38,044 nt of DNA from an uncultured Planctomycetales bacterium (GCA_964508075.1 CAZDTB010000001.1:1-38044); one strand, 5' to 3'. Shown: positions 1 through 9,221, counted from the first letter of the stretch. Translations and numbers: made by a program. The notes: generated from the sequence alone by a model not told the origin.

Positions 1-204
1 TCCGGCTTTCCAGGCGTCGCGGATTTCATCCTGGAGCGCCATGACCGCCCGGGGGCCCATGTCGCCCACCAGCATCGCGTCGGCCAGCTCATCGAGCAGC
101 GCCTCGTCGATCTTTCGACCGACGGACAGCACGCCGCGCAGCCCGGTGACGAGCTTGTCCCGCGTTCGGCTGAGCCCCTTCCTGAATCGGTCAAGCAAGC
201 CCAT
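1..204 (-). CDS. ftsY: signal recognition particle receptor FtsY, first 68 codons only (gene runs off the left edge)
   Basis: Not in the ORF track because there is no stop inside the window. A reverse-strand ATG at 204-202 opens a frame to position 1: MGLLDRFRKGLSRTRDKLVTGLRGVLSVGRKIDEALLDELADAMLVGDMGPRAVMALQDEIRDAWKAG. This matches the opening of the FtsY N domain (LxxxLxKTRxxL ... KIDExLLEELEExLIxADVG pattern, recalled from E. coli FtsY). The start overlaps the nusB stop (191-193) by 14 nt. Confidence 0.7.
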   Translation of the reverse strand, partial: MGLLDRFRKGLSRTRDKLVTGLRGVLSVGRKIDEALLDELADAMLVGDMGPRAVMALQDEIRDAWKAG

Positions 205-730
205 CGACGTCATCCGTTTTGTTATTGGTCTGCGAGTCGGCCGGGTCATCTTCACGTGCGCCGGCCGCCTCGACGGCGGAGCGCCGAATCGCGTCGAGCA
301 CGCCGTTCACAAACGCCGGCGAGTCCGCATCGCCGAAGCGCCGGGCCAGCTCGATCGCTTCGTTGATCACGACCTGCGGGGGCGTCTCGGGATGCTCGAG
401 CAGCTCGTACAAACCCAATCGAAGCACGTTGCGATCGACCGGCGTCATGCGCGCCAGGCTCCAGTGGGCGGCGGTGCGGGAGAGCTTGTCGTTCAGCACC
501 TCCCGCTGCGCCCAGGTGCCGAGCGCCAGGCGGCGCGCGAAACGCAGCAACTCATCAGGCGGCGGCAGCTCAATCTCGAGATCGGCCAAGGCGCATTCGT
601 CGTGGAAAAAGTAATCGAGCTGCTCGATGAACTGGCCGCCGACCGCTTCGAAAGCACAGAGTGCCTGCAACGCGAGCATGCGCGCCTGCGAGCGTCTCTT
701 GACCGGATATTGCTCTTGCCGTCGTTTCAA
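191..730 (-). CDS. nusB: transcription antitermination factor NusB
   Basis: 179-aa ORF with ..KRRSQARMLALQALCAFE.. and ..DRNVLRLGLYELLEHPETPPQVVINEAIELARRFG..FVNGVLD.., typical of NusB. It lies immediately downstream of ribH, the conserved ribH-nusB pair. The start codon at 730 reads TTG. Confidence 0.9.
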   Translation of the reverse strand: MKRRQEQYPVKRRSQARMLALQALCAFEAVGGQFIEQLDYFFHDECALADLEIELPPPDELLRFARRLALGTWAQREVLNDKLSRTAAHWSLARMTPVDRNVLRLGLYELLEHPETPPQVVINEAIELARRFGDADSPAFVNGVLDAIRRSAVEAAGAREDDPADSQTNNKTDDVDGLA

Positions 731-754
731 GCTGGATTTCGCCCGGACCCCGTC

Positions 755-1219
755 CTACAACGCCGCCAACAGGTTCACCATTTCCACCGCCGCCAGGGCG
801 GCGTCGGCCCCCTTGTTCCCAGCCTTCGTTCCCGCGCGGTCGATCGCCTGTTCCAGCGAGTCCGCCGTGATCACGCCGAACGTGACCGGCACCCCGGTCT
901 CCAGCGCGACCTGTGCGATGCCCTTAGTGCATTCGCTGGCGATGTACTGGAAGTGTGGCGTTTGGCCGCGGATCAGGCAGCCGAGGCAGATCACCGCCGC
1001 GTAATCCCCCGAGCGGGCCAGCTTCTGCGCCGCCAGCGGCAGTTCGAACGAGCCGGGGACCCAGACCTGGGTGATGTTGTCGCGTTCGGCACCGTGACGG
1101 ACGAGGGCATCGAGGGCCCCTTCAACCAGCCGGCTGGTGATGAAGTCGTTAAAGCGGGCGACCACCAGCGCGAAGCGGTGCGGCCCGGCTTCCAGCTTTG
1201 CGGAAATCACGTTGGGCAT
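755..1219 (-). CDS. ribH: 6,7-dimethyl-8-ribityllumazine synthase
   Basis: The internal ATG at 1219 of track ORF 755..1432 gives 154 aa: [91 protein letters not shown], a textbook RibH. The upstream 71 codons of the track ORF look non-coding. Confidence 0.9.
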   Translation of the reverse strand: MPNVISAKLEAGPHRFALVVARFNDFITSRLVEGALDALVRHGAERDNITQVWVPGSFELPLAAQKLARSGDYAAVICLGCLIRGQTPHFQYIASECTKGIAQVALETGVPVTFGVITADSLEQAIDRAGTKAGNKGADAALAAVEMVNLLAAL

Positions 1220-1331
1220 TGCGGGTATCCGTTTACAAAACCACCGATCCGGCGGTAGTTTACCGCCGGTATGCCCGCCGGGCAATTCAACCGAGTCTCG
1301 GCGTGGCCCGCAAGGAGAGACGGTCGCATTT

Positions 1332-2138
1332 ATGACACGCGGTAAGCGATGGGCAATTGGGGTCGGCGGTGTGCTCGCCGTCGCGATGATCCTGTCGGTG
1401 CTGTTCCCCGATGAGACCAGGCACGTTCGCACGCTCCGACTCCGAAGTGAGCTGCGTCGTCAGATGCAATCCCCTGATCGCGAGCAGCGCAAGCGGGCCG
1501 CCTGGGCGGCGATCGAGCGGCCCATTCCGGAGCTGGAAGAGCTCATGGTTCGGGGCGTGCTGGGGGGCGAGCCCGACGCCGGCGTGCGCGAGGCCTATGT
1601 CTATGCCCTCGGAAACCTTGCCGACCGGCGTTACTTCGCCGCCGTCGAGACCGTCATCGACACGGATCCCAGCGGCTATGTCCGGGCCGCGGCCTGGCTC
1701 GCCGCCGCCCGCGTCGATCCCCAGCATTTTCACACGCTCGCCGAGACGAACTCCGATCCCGGGGATCCTTGGGATCGGCTGGGCATCGCGCAGGGGCGGC
1801 TTTTCCGCGGGGACGTACGCGGTGCGCGCGAGCTGCTCGAACAAGCTCGGAGCGGCGACGACGCGCGCCGCTACGTGGCCGGGCGGGCGCTCTACAAGTG
1901 GCTGCGACCGCTGCTTGACGCGGCGGGCCGCTGGCCAGTGGCGGCCGATGTGACCGAGGGGCAGGCTTGGCCCCCAGAGTTCGTGGACGAGATCGAACGG
2001 CGCTGCGCCACGCTGGACCTTCAGGCTCTCGCGGACGACACCCGCCAGCACGACCAGGCCGCCGCCCCCGTGCGGCGATATATCATGCGCATCAACGGCG
2101 CGCGAGAGGGGCTGGTTAGCCTGCTCTTCGGACACTAG
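1332..2138 (+). CDS. hypothetical membrane-anchored protein with HEAT-like repeats
   Basis: The ATG at 1332 inside track ORF 1137..2138 gives [25 protein letters not shown] (N-terminal TM helix). It is followed by helical repeats of the PBS-lyase/HEAT type (..[11 protein letters not shown].., ..[14 protein letters not shown].., ..[15 protein letters not shown]..). No specific family recognised. Confidence 0.5.
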   Translation: MTRGKRWAIGVGGVLAVAMILSVLFPDETRHVRTLRLRSELRRQMQSPDREQRKRAAWAAIERPIPELEELMVRGVLGGEPDAGVREAYVYALGNLADRRYFAAVETVIDTDPSGYVRAAAWLAAARVDPQHFHTLAETNSDPGDPWDRLGIAQGRLFRGDVRGARELLEQARSGDDARRYVAGRALYKWLRPLLDAAGRWPVAADVTEGQAWPPEFVDEIERRCATLDLQALADDTRQHDQAAAPVRRYIMRINGAREGLVSLLFGH

Positions 2139-2183
2139 TCGAAGTGTACCTCTTCTGGTTAGAGGGGTTTCCAGTTTGATGTA

Positions 2184-2216
2184 GCGTCGGGTCTCCGTGC
2201 CCGACGCAGTTTCTTG
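2184..2216 (+). terminator. putative rho-independent terminator between convergent genes
   Basis: Hairpin with perfect 8-bp stem GCGTCGGG (2184-2191) / CCCGACGC (2200-2207) and an 8-nt loop, followed by AGTTTCTT. It lies 46 nt after the stop of the 1332..2138 gene. Confidence 0.45.
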
Positions 2217-2364
2217 AGGGACACATCACGGCTGGCACGCCGGCCCCGGCCGCTACACTTTGGTGAAAACTGTTCCAGCCCACCGGTTTCGCCAACCGAG
2301 CCGCGCGCGAATCAACCGGGATTCGTGGCCAAGCATCGGCGCAGCACGTGCAGTATGCGAGTCA

Positions 2365-3795
2365 TCAGCGTCGTCGGCGACGCTTCCTCTTGTCGCCCTT
2401 GCGCGGATTGTACTTGGTCGAGCCCTTCTTCATCCGGGGCATCTTGCCGGCGTCTAGCATCCCCGAGCGGCCCAGGGCCTGCGTCATTCTCATTCGGTCG
2501 CGGAAGCCCATTCCCGCCATCTGCTTCATCATCCCGCGCATCTGCGTGAACTGCTTGACCAGCCCACTGACGTCCTGCTGTTCCACGCCGGCACCCTTGG
2601 CGATGCGTCGGCGGCGCGAGGCCTCAATGATGTCGGGGTTCTGGCGTTCCCTGGGCGTCATCGAATGGATGATCCCGCGGAAGCGGTCGAGATCCTCCTC
2701 GGGCACCTCCATGTCGTCCAGAGCCGAGCCGACACCCGGGATCATCTTCATGATCTGCTTCATCGGGCCCATCTTGCGGAACTGCTCGAGCTGCGAGAGG
2801 AAGTCGTCGAACCCGAACGAACCCTTGGCCATCTTCTCCTGGGCCTTCTGAGCTTCTTCCGCGTCGAAAGTCTGCTGGGCCTTCTCGACCAGCGAGACCA
2901 CGTCGCCCATGCCCAGAATCCGGCTGGCGATGCGATCCGGATGAAACTCCTCGATCGCGTCGAGCTTCTCGCCGATGCCGATGAACTTGATCGGCTTGCC
3001 GGTGACGGCCTTGACGCTCAGCGCCGCCCCGCCGCGCGTGTCCGAGTCGAACTTCGTCAGGATCGCACCGTCGAGCTCGAGCCGCTGGTCGAACGCCTTG
3101 GCGGTATTGACCGCGTCCTGCCCGGTCATCGCGTCGAGCACGAGGTAGATCTGGTGTGGTTGCGTGGCGCTGGCGATCTGTGAGATCTCGGTCATCATCT
3201 CTTCGTCGATCGCCAGGCGGCCGGCAGTGTCGAGGATCACCACGTCGCGGTCCAGTTTGCGCGACTCGCGCGCCGCGTTGCGGCAGACCTTGACCGGGTT
3301 CTGGTGATTGCGCTCCGCATGAACGGGAACGTCGAGCTGCCGGCCGAGCACTTCGAGCTGGTCGACCGCGGCGGGGCGCTTCAGGTCCGCCGCGACCAGT
3401 AGCGGCTTTTTGCCCTTGGTCATGCAATAACGGGCCAGCTTGGCGCAGGTCGTGGTCTTGCCGGAGCCCTGGAGGCCGGCCATGAGGACGATCGTGGGCG
3501 GCTGCGAGACGAACGGGATCCGCGTTTCGATCGGCCCCATGAGCTCGACCAGGTTGTCGTACACGACCTTGACGATCACCTGGTCGGGCCTGAGCGTGTC
3601 GATCACGCGCATACCCAGAGCTTGTTCCAGGCAGTTGTCGCAGAACTTCCGGGCCACCTCGACGTGCACGTCGGCTTCGAGCAGGGCCGTACGGATCTCG
3701 CGCATCGCGTCGCGGACGTTGGCCTCGGTGACCTTGCCGCGGCCGCGCACGCTGCGGAACACGCTGCTAAACCGTTCGCTCAGGGCGTCAAACAT
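2365..3795 (-). CDS. ffh: signal recognition particle protein Ffh
   Basis: 476-aa ORF: MFDALSERFSSVFRSVRGRGKVTEANV.., P-loop GLQGSGKTTTCAKLA, DTAGRL, TKFDSDTRGGAALS, and a Met-rich M domain (..MGPMKQIMKMIPG..MRGMMKQMAGMG..). Basic C-terminal tail. Confidence 0.95.
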   Translation of the reverse strand: MFDALSERFSSVFRSVRGRGKVTEANVRDAMREIRTALLEADVHVEVARKFCDNCLEQALGMRVIDTLRPDQVIVKVVYDNLVELMGPIETRIPFVSQPPTIVLMAGLQGSGKTTTCAKLARYCMTKGKKPLLVAADLKRPAAVDQLEVLGRQLDVPVHAERNHQNPVKVCRNAARESRKLDRDVVILDTAGRLAIDEEMMTEISQIASATQPHQIYLVLDAMTGQDAVNTAKAFDQRLELDGAILTKFDSDTRGGAALSVKAVTGKPIKFIGIGEKLDAIEEFHPDRIASRILGMGDVVSLVEKAQQTFDAEEAQKAQEKMAKGSFGFDDFLSQLEQFRKMGPMKQIMKMIPGVGSALDDMEVPEEDLDRFRGIIHSMTPRERQNPDIIEASRRRRIAKGAGVEQQDVSGLVKQFTQMRGMMKQMAGMGFRDRMRMTQALGRSGMLDAGKMPRMKKGSTKYNPRKGDKRKRRRRR

Positions 3796-4010
3796 ACTCT
3801 GGTAAGTCTACTCGCCGGGCCGCGAGGCAGACAAGGGGACCATAGTCTGAGGGTGAGACCGGACCGCAGGACGGTGAGTATTCACGATTCTGAGACGCCA
3901 ACCGTTCGAGCCCAAAGCGCGAGCGAGGGTCTTGCGTGAGTGCCGTGTATAGGCCCTCCCGCGCTCGCCCTTCGAACGCCGTGTGGCAACCCGTGATCAC
4001 CGGCATCGAT

Positions 4011-5207
4011 CTAGCCGGTCACTTCCGCCACCACGATGGTGACGTCGTCTTCCGGGTTGAGCGAGCCCTCCTCGCGATCGAGGTGGTTGCTCACGGCGTT
4101 GACAAAGCCGTCGGCGTCGAGTTTGGCCCATTGGTGGAGGTGCTCGGTAAACTCGACCCGCTCGGTTTCCCCGTCGCGGTCGTGGATGAACAGGTTTTCC
4201 AGCCCGTCGGTGTAGAAGATCACCTTGTCGCCCGGCGCAAGGTGGTCGTGATGCTCGTCGAACTCCGGCTCGAGCCCGGCTACGCCCAGCAGACCGCCTT
4301 CGCAGCGCATCTCGCTGATCTCGCCGGCGGCGTTCACATGGAACGGATACGGATGGCCACCCCGCGCCAGGCGGATGTCCAGCGACTCGGTGTCGATGAT
4401 CGCGTACGCCGCCGTCACGAACTGCGCGTGTGGCAGGTTCTGGCGTGCGAGACCTTCGTGCAGGAGGCGCATCGCCTCCGTCGGCGGTACGATGCGCTCC
4501 GTGTCCCCGTTCTGTTGCTTGGAGGTCAACGCCCGCCGCAGGAACATCGTCATCAGGCCGGCCGCCGTGCCGTGCCCCATCGCGTCCGCGATGAAGATTG
4601 CGACGTGTCGGTCATCGACGGGGAACACGTCAAAGATGTCGCCGCTCACCCACACCGCCGGGCGAAACATGTGTGCGAACCGCAGCGGCGGAACGTTGGG
4701 CAGCGTCTGCGGCAGGAAGTCACGCTGCAACCGGCCGGCCAGACGCATCTCCTGATCGATCTCGTCGAAGTAGCTGTTCAGGTGGCGCCCCAGGCGATGC
4801 AGGCGTTGGATCTCCTTCTCCATCCGTTTCATCACCGGGGCGTAGCGCGCCAGCGCCGTAAGCCGACCAACCACTTCCACCGGGCTGACGTCGGCTGGCA
4901 GACAGTCGATCAATTGCCCGTCCGGCACTTGGCAGCCGTCGGGGACCCCCCAGAGCAGCGCCGGAACGCTCTCCGCCTGAGCGCGCGTCAGCAGCGACTG
5001 GATCAGCTCGGTGTGCGTGGCGTCGTTCTCGGGATCGAGCACGCAGACGAGCATATCCGCCGCCCGCAGGAGATTCGCGTCCGGGGCAGGCTCAAAACCG
5101 AGGTAGCTGGCGGGCAATCCCCGGGCTTGCAAAAGGTTGCAGACATCCTGCGACCGCGCCTGCGATGCGCCGAACAGTAGAACGTTCGGGATAGAGCCCG
5201 AAGCCAT
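4011..5207 (-). CDS. PP2C/SpoIIE-family serine phosphatase with N-terminal degenerate receiver-like domain
   Basis: 398-aa ORF. The C-terminal ~240 aa carry SpoIIE/PP2C hallmarks (SGDIFDVF, IADAMGHGTAAGLMT, LARGGHPYPF, IFYTDGL, DDVTIVV). The N-terminal ~120 aa have a CheY-like beta-alpha pattern (VLLFGAS..MLVCVLDPEND..PALLWGV) but lack the acidic pair and the conserved Lys. Confidence 0.8.
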   Translation of the reverse strand: MASGSIPNVLLFGASQARSQDVCNLLQARGLPASYLGFEPAPDANLLRAADMLVCVLDPENDATHTELIQSLLTRAQAESVPALLWGVPDGCQVPDGQLIDCLPADVSPVEVVGRLTALARYAPVMKRMEKEIQRLHRLGRHLNSYFDEIDQEMRLAGRLQRDFLPQTLPNVPPLRFAHMFRPAVWVSGDIFDVFPVDDRHVAIFIADAMGHGTAAGLMTMFLRRALTSKQQNGDTERIVPPTEAMRLLHEGLARQNLPHAQFVTAAYAIIDTESLDIRLARGGHPYPFHVNAAGEISEMRCEGGLLGVAGLEPEFDEHHDHLAPGDKVIFYTDGLENLFIHDRDGETERVEFTEHLHQWAKLDADGFVNAVSNHLDREEGSLNPEDDVTIVVAEVTG

Positions 5208-5308
5208 GCAGCGAACCCCGATAATCCGGCGATGCCGGCACCAACCCCCGCATTACGGCCGGCGAGCGGCCGATGAGCTGCGGGTCCTCTGCTGGTGGCT
5301 TCGTCGCG

Positions 5309-5842
5309 CTAGGGTTGCGCCTTGAATACCTCGTCGGGAATCTCGAGCCGATCCCCAGGGCCGATACCCAGCCGTTCAAACGTTCCGGCCTTCACTTCCA
5401 AGGCGAACATGGCCGGCTCGTACGAGGGGTACGTCTGCAAAGTCAATATCGGCATCGTGTGGGTGGTGACAATCGTGCCGTCCATGCGGGCGTAGGCGAT
5501 ATCCAGCGGGGTGATCGTGTTCTTCATCCAGAAGCCGAGGTAGCGTTCGTCCGGAAAAACAAACAACATGCCCTGGTCGTCGGCAATCTCGCTCTCGGGC
5601 ACGAACATCAGCCCTTCCTCACGCTGGTCGGCGTCCTGGGTGAGCCAGACGCGGAAGGTGTTGCCTTTGATCGTAACCGTCGCGGTCTGAAGCGTGTCGA
5701 GGGGGAACTGTCGTCGCGTGGCGCTGCTTTCGCCGCCGTCGCTGCTCGGAGTGCCGATACAGCCGAAACCTTGAATAACTGCGGGGATACTCACCGCTAC
5801 GGCCAGTAGGCGTCTTTTCGTATTCAGCATCGACATAGACAT
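5309..5842 (-). CDS. DUF192 (COG1430) domain protein, probable lipoprotein
   Basis: 177-aa ORF with a signal peptide ending in lipobox-like GFGC. The core ..TFRVWLTQDADQREEGLMFV..GMLFVFPDERYLGFWMKNTITPLDIAY..FALEVKAG.. fits the DUF192 pattern as I recall it. Confidence 0.7.
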   Translation of the reverse strand: MSMSMLNTKRRLLAVAVSIPAVIQGFGCIGTPSSDGGESSATRRQFPLDTLQTATVTIKGNTFRVWLTQDADQREEGLMFVPESEIADDQGMLFVFPDERYLGFWMKNTITPLDIAYARMDGTIVTTHTMPILTLQTYPSYEPAMFALEVKAGTFERLGIGPGDRLEIPDEVFKAQP

Positions 5843-6101
5843 ATATGTATCGGTCCTGCGGGTCGAACGATTTCAGGAGGATACGCGAAAACCGGGCCGC
5901 TCGACAAGAGATCGATCGGAGACCGGTCCGCTCAGCTCTCCGCATGCAGGTTGTCTAGATAGTTCTCAAACGGCCAGTGCTCCAGGTGCCGGTTACAGCT
6001 CTGGATGGGAGGAGTGCTCTTGCGGGCGCCGTTCGTCCACCCACGCCGCCGTTGGCGTTTCGCTTTCATAATCAGCGTGCAAACAGTAACCTCCCGCCGA
6101 T

Positions 6102-6833
6102 ATGGACGGCGTGATCAACCTGAACAAGCCGACCGGGATCACCTCCGCCAAGGCGCTCTACCGCGTGCGCAAGATCACCCGGGTCCGCAAGAGCGGCCAT
6201 GCCGGGACGTTGGACCCGGGTGCCGCGGGCGTGCTCCTGCTGTGCCTCGGCAAAGCGACCAAGCTGGTCGAGGCGCTGATGGATCAACCCAAGGTCTACC
6301 GGGCCACCGCCCGGCTCGACGTCACCAGCGAGAGCTTCGACCGCGACCGCCCGCTGATCGATGTGCCGGTTGCGGCGGTACCCGACGCGGAGGGCGTCCG
6401 CGCGGCCTGCGGGCGCTTCGAGGGCGTCATCGAGCAGGTTCCGCCCGCGATCAGCGCCGTCAAGGTTGGTGGGCGACCGGCCTACAAACGCAGCCGTGCC
6501 GGTGAGACCCTTGAGCTCAAAGCCCGAACAGTTCAGGTCTACTGGCTCCACGTTCGCCGCTACGAGTGGCCGACGATCGACTTTGAGCTCGCCTGCGGCC
6601 GAGGAACCTACGTTCGGGCCCTGATCCGTGACCTGGGCACGGCGCTCGGCACAGGCGGCTGCCTCACTGCGCTGACCCGCACCGCCGTCGGCCCGTTCCG
6701 CCTCGCCGAGGCGCATAGCTTCGCCGATCTGGAGAGCGCCGACGGGCAGGAGGACTATCTCATCCCGCTCCAGCGAGCCCGCGATCTGCTGGCCCAACGT
6801 CCGGTCCCAATCCCGCCGCGACCGGAGCGCTGA
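6102..6833 (+). CDS. truB: tRNA pseudouridine(55) synthase TruB
   Basis: 243-aa ORF: MDGVINLNKPTGITS..VRKSGHAGTLDPGAAGVLLLCLGKATK..YRAT..GVIEQVPPAISAVKVGGRPAY. The catalytic Asp lies in GTLDP. Confidence 0.9.
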   Translation: MDGVINLNKPTGITSAKALYRVRKITRVRKSGHAGTLDPGAAGVLLLCLGKATKLVEALMDQPKVYRATARLDVTSESFDRDRPLIDVPVAAVPDAEGVRAACGRFEGVIEQVPPAISAVKVGGRPAYKRSRAGETLELKARTVQVYWLHVRRYEWPTIDFELACGRGTYVRALIRDLGTALGTGGCLTALTRTAVGPFRLAEAHSFADLESADGQEDYLIPLQRARDLLAQRPVPIPPRPER

Positions 6834-6945
6834 ACCCCTAACCCTCTTTGCCCAACTTGTGCGTGCGAAGTGCAGGTCGAACGTGTTAGAATACTTGCGG
6901 GCTCTGGCTGGAGCCCAAGTTGGAAGAGGCGAGGGAGCTTGCGAG

Positions 6946-8094
6946 ATGACACGCCGTTTGTCTGCTTTGTTCGTCCTGAGTCTGGCCGTGGCGAGCGCCG
7001 CCGGTGACGTCCCGCTCCGGATCGTGACGTTCAACACCTACCAGGGGATCGACAACGCGCCTGCCGACCGGGCGGCGTCCGGAAACCTGCTGACCTCGTT
7101 GGACCTGGACGGACCCGGTCCGAACACCAGCCTGATGCCGGATATCGTCTGCCTCCAGGAGACCACCAGCCTGGACGACCTGGAAGACTTTCGCGACGAC
7201 TTTCTGCCGGGGTACCAGGCCCTAAAAGGGCCCACCACCGACGGGTTTTACTCGAACGGCTTCTTCGTGCGGGGCGACTTGAGCGTGCTGAGGTTTGACG
7301 AATTCGGCACGCCGGGACCGCGCCCGGTGCTGCGGCTGATTGTGGACGTCCCCACGACCCCTGAGTATGTGCTGATTTACAACGCGCATTTCAAGGCCGG
7401 GCAGTCCGGCGAGGATCCCGATATCCGCCGCGCTGAGGCCAATGCCATCGCCAACCGCGTGTCGGTCGACCGCGAATTCGGGATCGACGTGGACGGAAAC
7501 GGGACCAAGGAGTTCTTCCCCACGCACTACTTTTTTGCGGGTGATCTGAATCAGGACGACTTCGAAGACGACGTCATCGATGCGCTGCTGGAAGGCGGCA
7601 GCAACGGTCTGCCGACCGGGCTGAACGATGTCCGCGTCGAGACGCTCTACGGTGCCCAGTTTCCGACGTTCCTCGGCAACACCTTCAGCACCCGCACCAG
7701 CCTGAGCAGGCGCTACGATTACGTCCTTGCCAGCGACGAGATCTTCGCCGCCTTCGATGCCAACGCCGACCAGATCGTGGACCAGGACGAGCTCAACGAA
7801 ACGGGCTTCGTCTATATCTCCGGGGACGACGACGGCCTCCAGGCCAGCGGAGATATTGACGCGACCACCGTGGCCTCGGACCACGCCCCGGTCATCGTCG
7901 ATTTCTCAATCCCGGGCATCACCGGCGACCTGGACGGCGATGGCGACGTTGATCTGGCAGACCTCGCCGCCCTCCTCTCGAATTACGGTACCCCCAGCGG
8001 GGCCGGGCCGGAGGACGGCGACCTGGACGGCGACGGCGACGTTGACCTATCGGACCTCGCCGCCTTGCTTGCCAACTACGGGACCGGGCCGTAG
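6946..8094 (+). CDS. secreted endonuclease/exonuclease/phosphatase (EEP) family protein with C-terminal dockerin-type repeat pair
   Basis: The ATG at 6946 (preceded by GAGGGAG) gives the signal peptide MTRRLSALFVLSLAVASAAG. EEP motifs are present: IVTFNTYQGI, DIVCLQET, ..YNAHFKAG.., SDHAPVIVDF. The C-terminus has two DLDGDGDVDL[AS]DLAALL[SA]NYGT repeats. Confidence 0.8.
   Translation: MTRRLSALFVLSLAVASAAGDVPLRIVTFNTYQGIDNAPADRAASGNLLTSLDLDGPGPNTSLMPDIVCLQETTSLDDLEDFRDDFLPGYQALKGPTTDGFYSNGFFVRGDLSVLRFDEFGTPGPRPVLRLIVDVPTTPEYVLIYNAHFKAGQSGEDPDIRRAEANAIANRVSVDREFGIDVDGNGTKEFFPTHYFFAGDLNQDDFEDDVIDALLEGGSNGLPTGLNDVRVETLYGAQFPTFLGNTFSTRTSLSRRYDYVLASDEIFAAFDANADQIVDQDELNETGFVYISGDDDGLQASGDIDATTVASDHAPVIVDFSIPGITGDLDGDGDVDLADLAALLSNYGTPSGAGPEDGDLDGDGDVDLSDLAALLANYGTGP
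7927..8085 (+). repeat. two 22-codon dockerin-type (EF-hand-like Ca-binding) repeats inside the EEP gene
   Basis: 7927-7992 and 8020-8085 encode DLDGDGDVDLADLAALLSNYGT and DLDGDGDVDLSDLAALLANYGT. The two are also closely similar at nucleotide level. Confidence 0.85.
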
Positions 8095-8485
8095 GCGGGG
8101 TCGTTCGCAGCGTCGCGGGATCGTCGGAGCGAAGTTTTTTGCGGACGCCCCACGGTTTGCCCGACCCTCGCCGGCGGCTGGTTCCGGTGGCGCAGACGCT
8201 TTCCCACAACCTGATTCTATGGCCCTCGCGCGTTGATTGGCTCGCCGTCGGGCGCTACGCATTCTCAGACCAGCGGCGCTTAACTGCTTCCAAGTAAAAA
8301 GGTTACGATTCGTTCAAGGGCTGCCCCGGCTCCCGTGCCGGGGAGGATTCAGCAGTCTCGTGCGAACCGCGCGGACCGTTGTCGCGTATGCAAACCGAGA
8401 CCGCGAACGCCCAGGAGCGGCATCTCTCGCCCGGCTCCTGCGGACGCCGTCCGGGCGAACTTCAGAGAACTTTTCGAACTCCGGC

Positions 8486-8515
8486 TTGATTATCCGCGAG
8501 AGGGGGGCCTATCAA
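8486..8515 (+). promoter_or_regulatory. putative sigma70-type promoter of PEP-CTERM gene 1
   Basis: TTGATT (8486-8491), 18-nt spacer, TATCAA (8510-8515). The homologous position in the paralog also carries a TTGAxx/TAxxAx pair, and both sit 18 nt upstream of the conserved leader block. Confidence 0.4.
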
Positions 8516-8533
8516 TCAATGACACCTGTCAAT

Positions 8534-8584
8534 GAGGAGATTGAAGTGATCGGGCGGGCCGATCACCATCTCTCACGGATCCGT
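8534..8584 (+). promoter_or_regulatory. conserved 51-nt leader element, copy 1 (hairpin plus anti-SD-like CUCUC)
   Basis: GAGGAGATTGAAGTGATCGGGCGGGCCGATCACCATCTCTCACGGATCCGT is 49/51 identical to 9599-9649. It contains the hairpin GTGATCGG-gcggg-CCGATCAC at 8546-8566, TCTCTC at 8569-8574, and the palindrome CACGGATCCGTG at 8574-8585. Confidence 0.6.
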
Positions 8585-8602
8585 GCATGGAGAGGAAATC
8601 CA

Positions 8603-9181
8603 ATGCTTAAGAAGTTACTGGCTGCTACCTCGGTTCTTGTTGTAGTCGCGGCGGTTAACGCTCAGCCCGTCGTGAATCTGGTTGATCTGGGCGAATTGAT
8701 CACGGGCACGAGGACGTACGACCTTGTCGTCACCATCCCTGCGGGCGATGACTGGACCGTGTGCGGCATAACCGCCACGCTGGACAACGGTTGGTTCGTC
8801 GACACCGAGACCTACAATCCACCGATGTATGATTACGGGATCGGCGACCCCAATGACAGCTACTTCACCTCGCCGCAGTTCTACCCGAACGCCGCGAACT
8901 TGGGCGCCGTCTCGTTCGCTGACCCGAACGTGGTTATCGAAGCTGCCCAGTTGCGTCAAGGCGATACGTTTGACACCGTCAACACGGGCGGCGGCGACTT
9001 CGTGCTCCACCGCCTGACGGTCGATCCGGACGGCGGCGCGTGGCTGGACGTGGCGGGCGACACCGCGCTGGCGAGCACCGGCGGCACACTCTACCCGTAC
9101 GACTTCCATGTCTGGGTTCCCGAGCCCGGCAGCCTGGCACTGCTTGCGATCGGTGGCCTGGCCCTGATTCGGCGCCGGTAA
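8603..9181 (+). CDS. PEP-CTERM sorting-domain protein, paralog 1
   Basis: The ATG at 8603 is preceded by GGAGAGGA with a 6-nt spacer. Signal peptide MLKKLLAATSVLVVVAAVNA; C-terminus VPEPGSLALLAIGGLALIRRR (PEP motif, TM helix, Arg cluster). The 122 upstream codons of track ORF 8237..9181 are rejected. Confidence 0.85.
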   Translation: MLKKLLAATSVLVVVAAVNAQPVVNLVDLGELITGTRTYDLVVTIPAGDDWTVCGITATLDNGWFVDTETYNPPMYDYGIGDPNDSYFTSPQFYPNAANLGAVSFADPNVVIEAAQLRQGDTFDTVNTGGGDFVLHRLTVDPDGGAWLDVAGDTALASTGGTLYPYDFHVWVPEPGSLALLAIGGLALIRRR

Positions 9182-9221
9182 CAAGGCCTGATTCAGCTAG
9201 CGGACGGCAAACGACATCGAG

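Noticed and set aside
41-1258. 405-aa plus-strand ORF, the longest ORF at the left edge
   Set aside because: It runs antisense across ftsY, nusB and ribH, all of which have unmistakable family signatures on the minus strand. Its product is Arg/Ala/Pro-rich low-complexity sequence, typical of shadow ORFs in high-GC DNA.
3796-4010. Possible SRP (4.5S) RNA gene next to ffh
   Set aside because: I could not find the conserved helix-8 core (..GGUCCGGAAGGAAGC.. type GNRA tetraloop motif) on either strand. There is only an imperfect GC-rich hairpin, which may be the terminator of the phosphatase gene.
3936-5180. 414-aa plus-strand ORF
   Set aside because: Antisense shadow of the PP2C/SpoIIE phosphatase gene, with no recognisable motifs.
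8237-8602. 122-codon N-terminal extension of PEP-CTERM gene 1 in the track ORF (8237..9181), which would make the conserved 51-nt block coding
   Set aside because: The protein has a proper signal peptide starting at the ATG at 8603, behind a strong SD. In the paralog the equivalent frame is closed by TGA (9650-9652) and has no upstream start, and both substitutions in the block would be non-synonymous. The block is therefore treated as non-coding leader.
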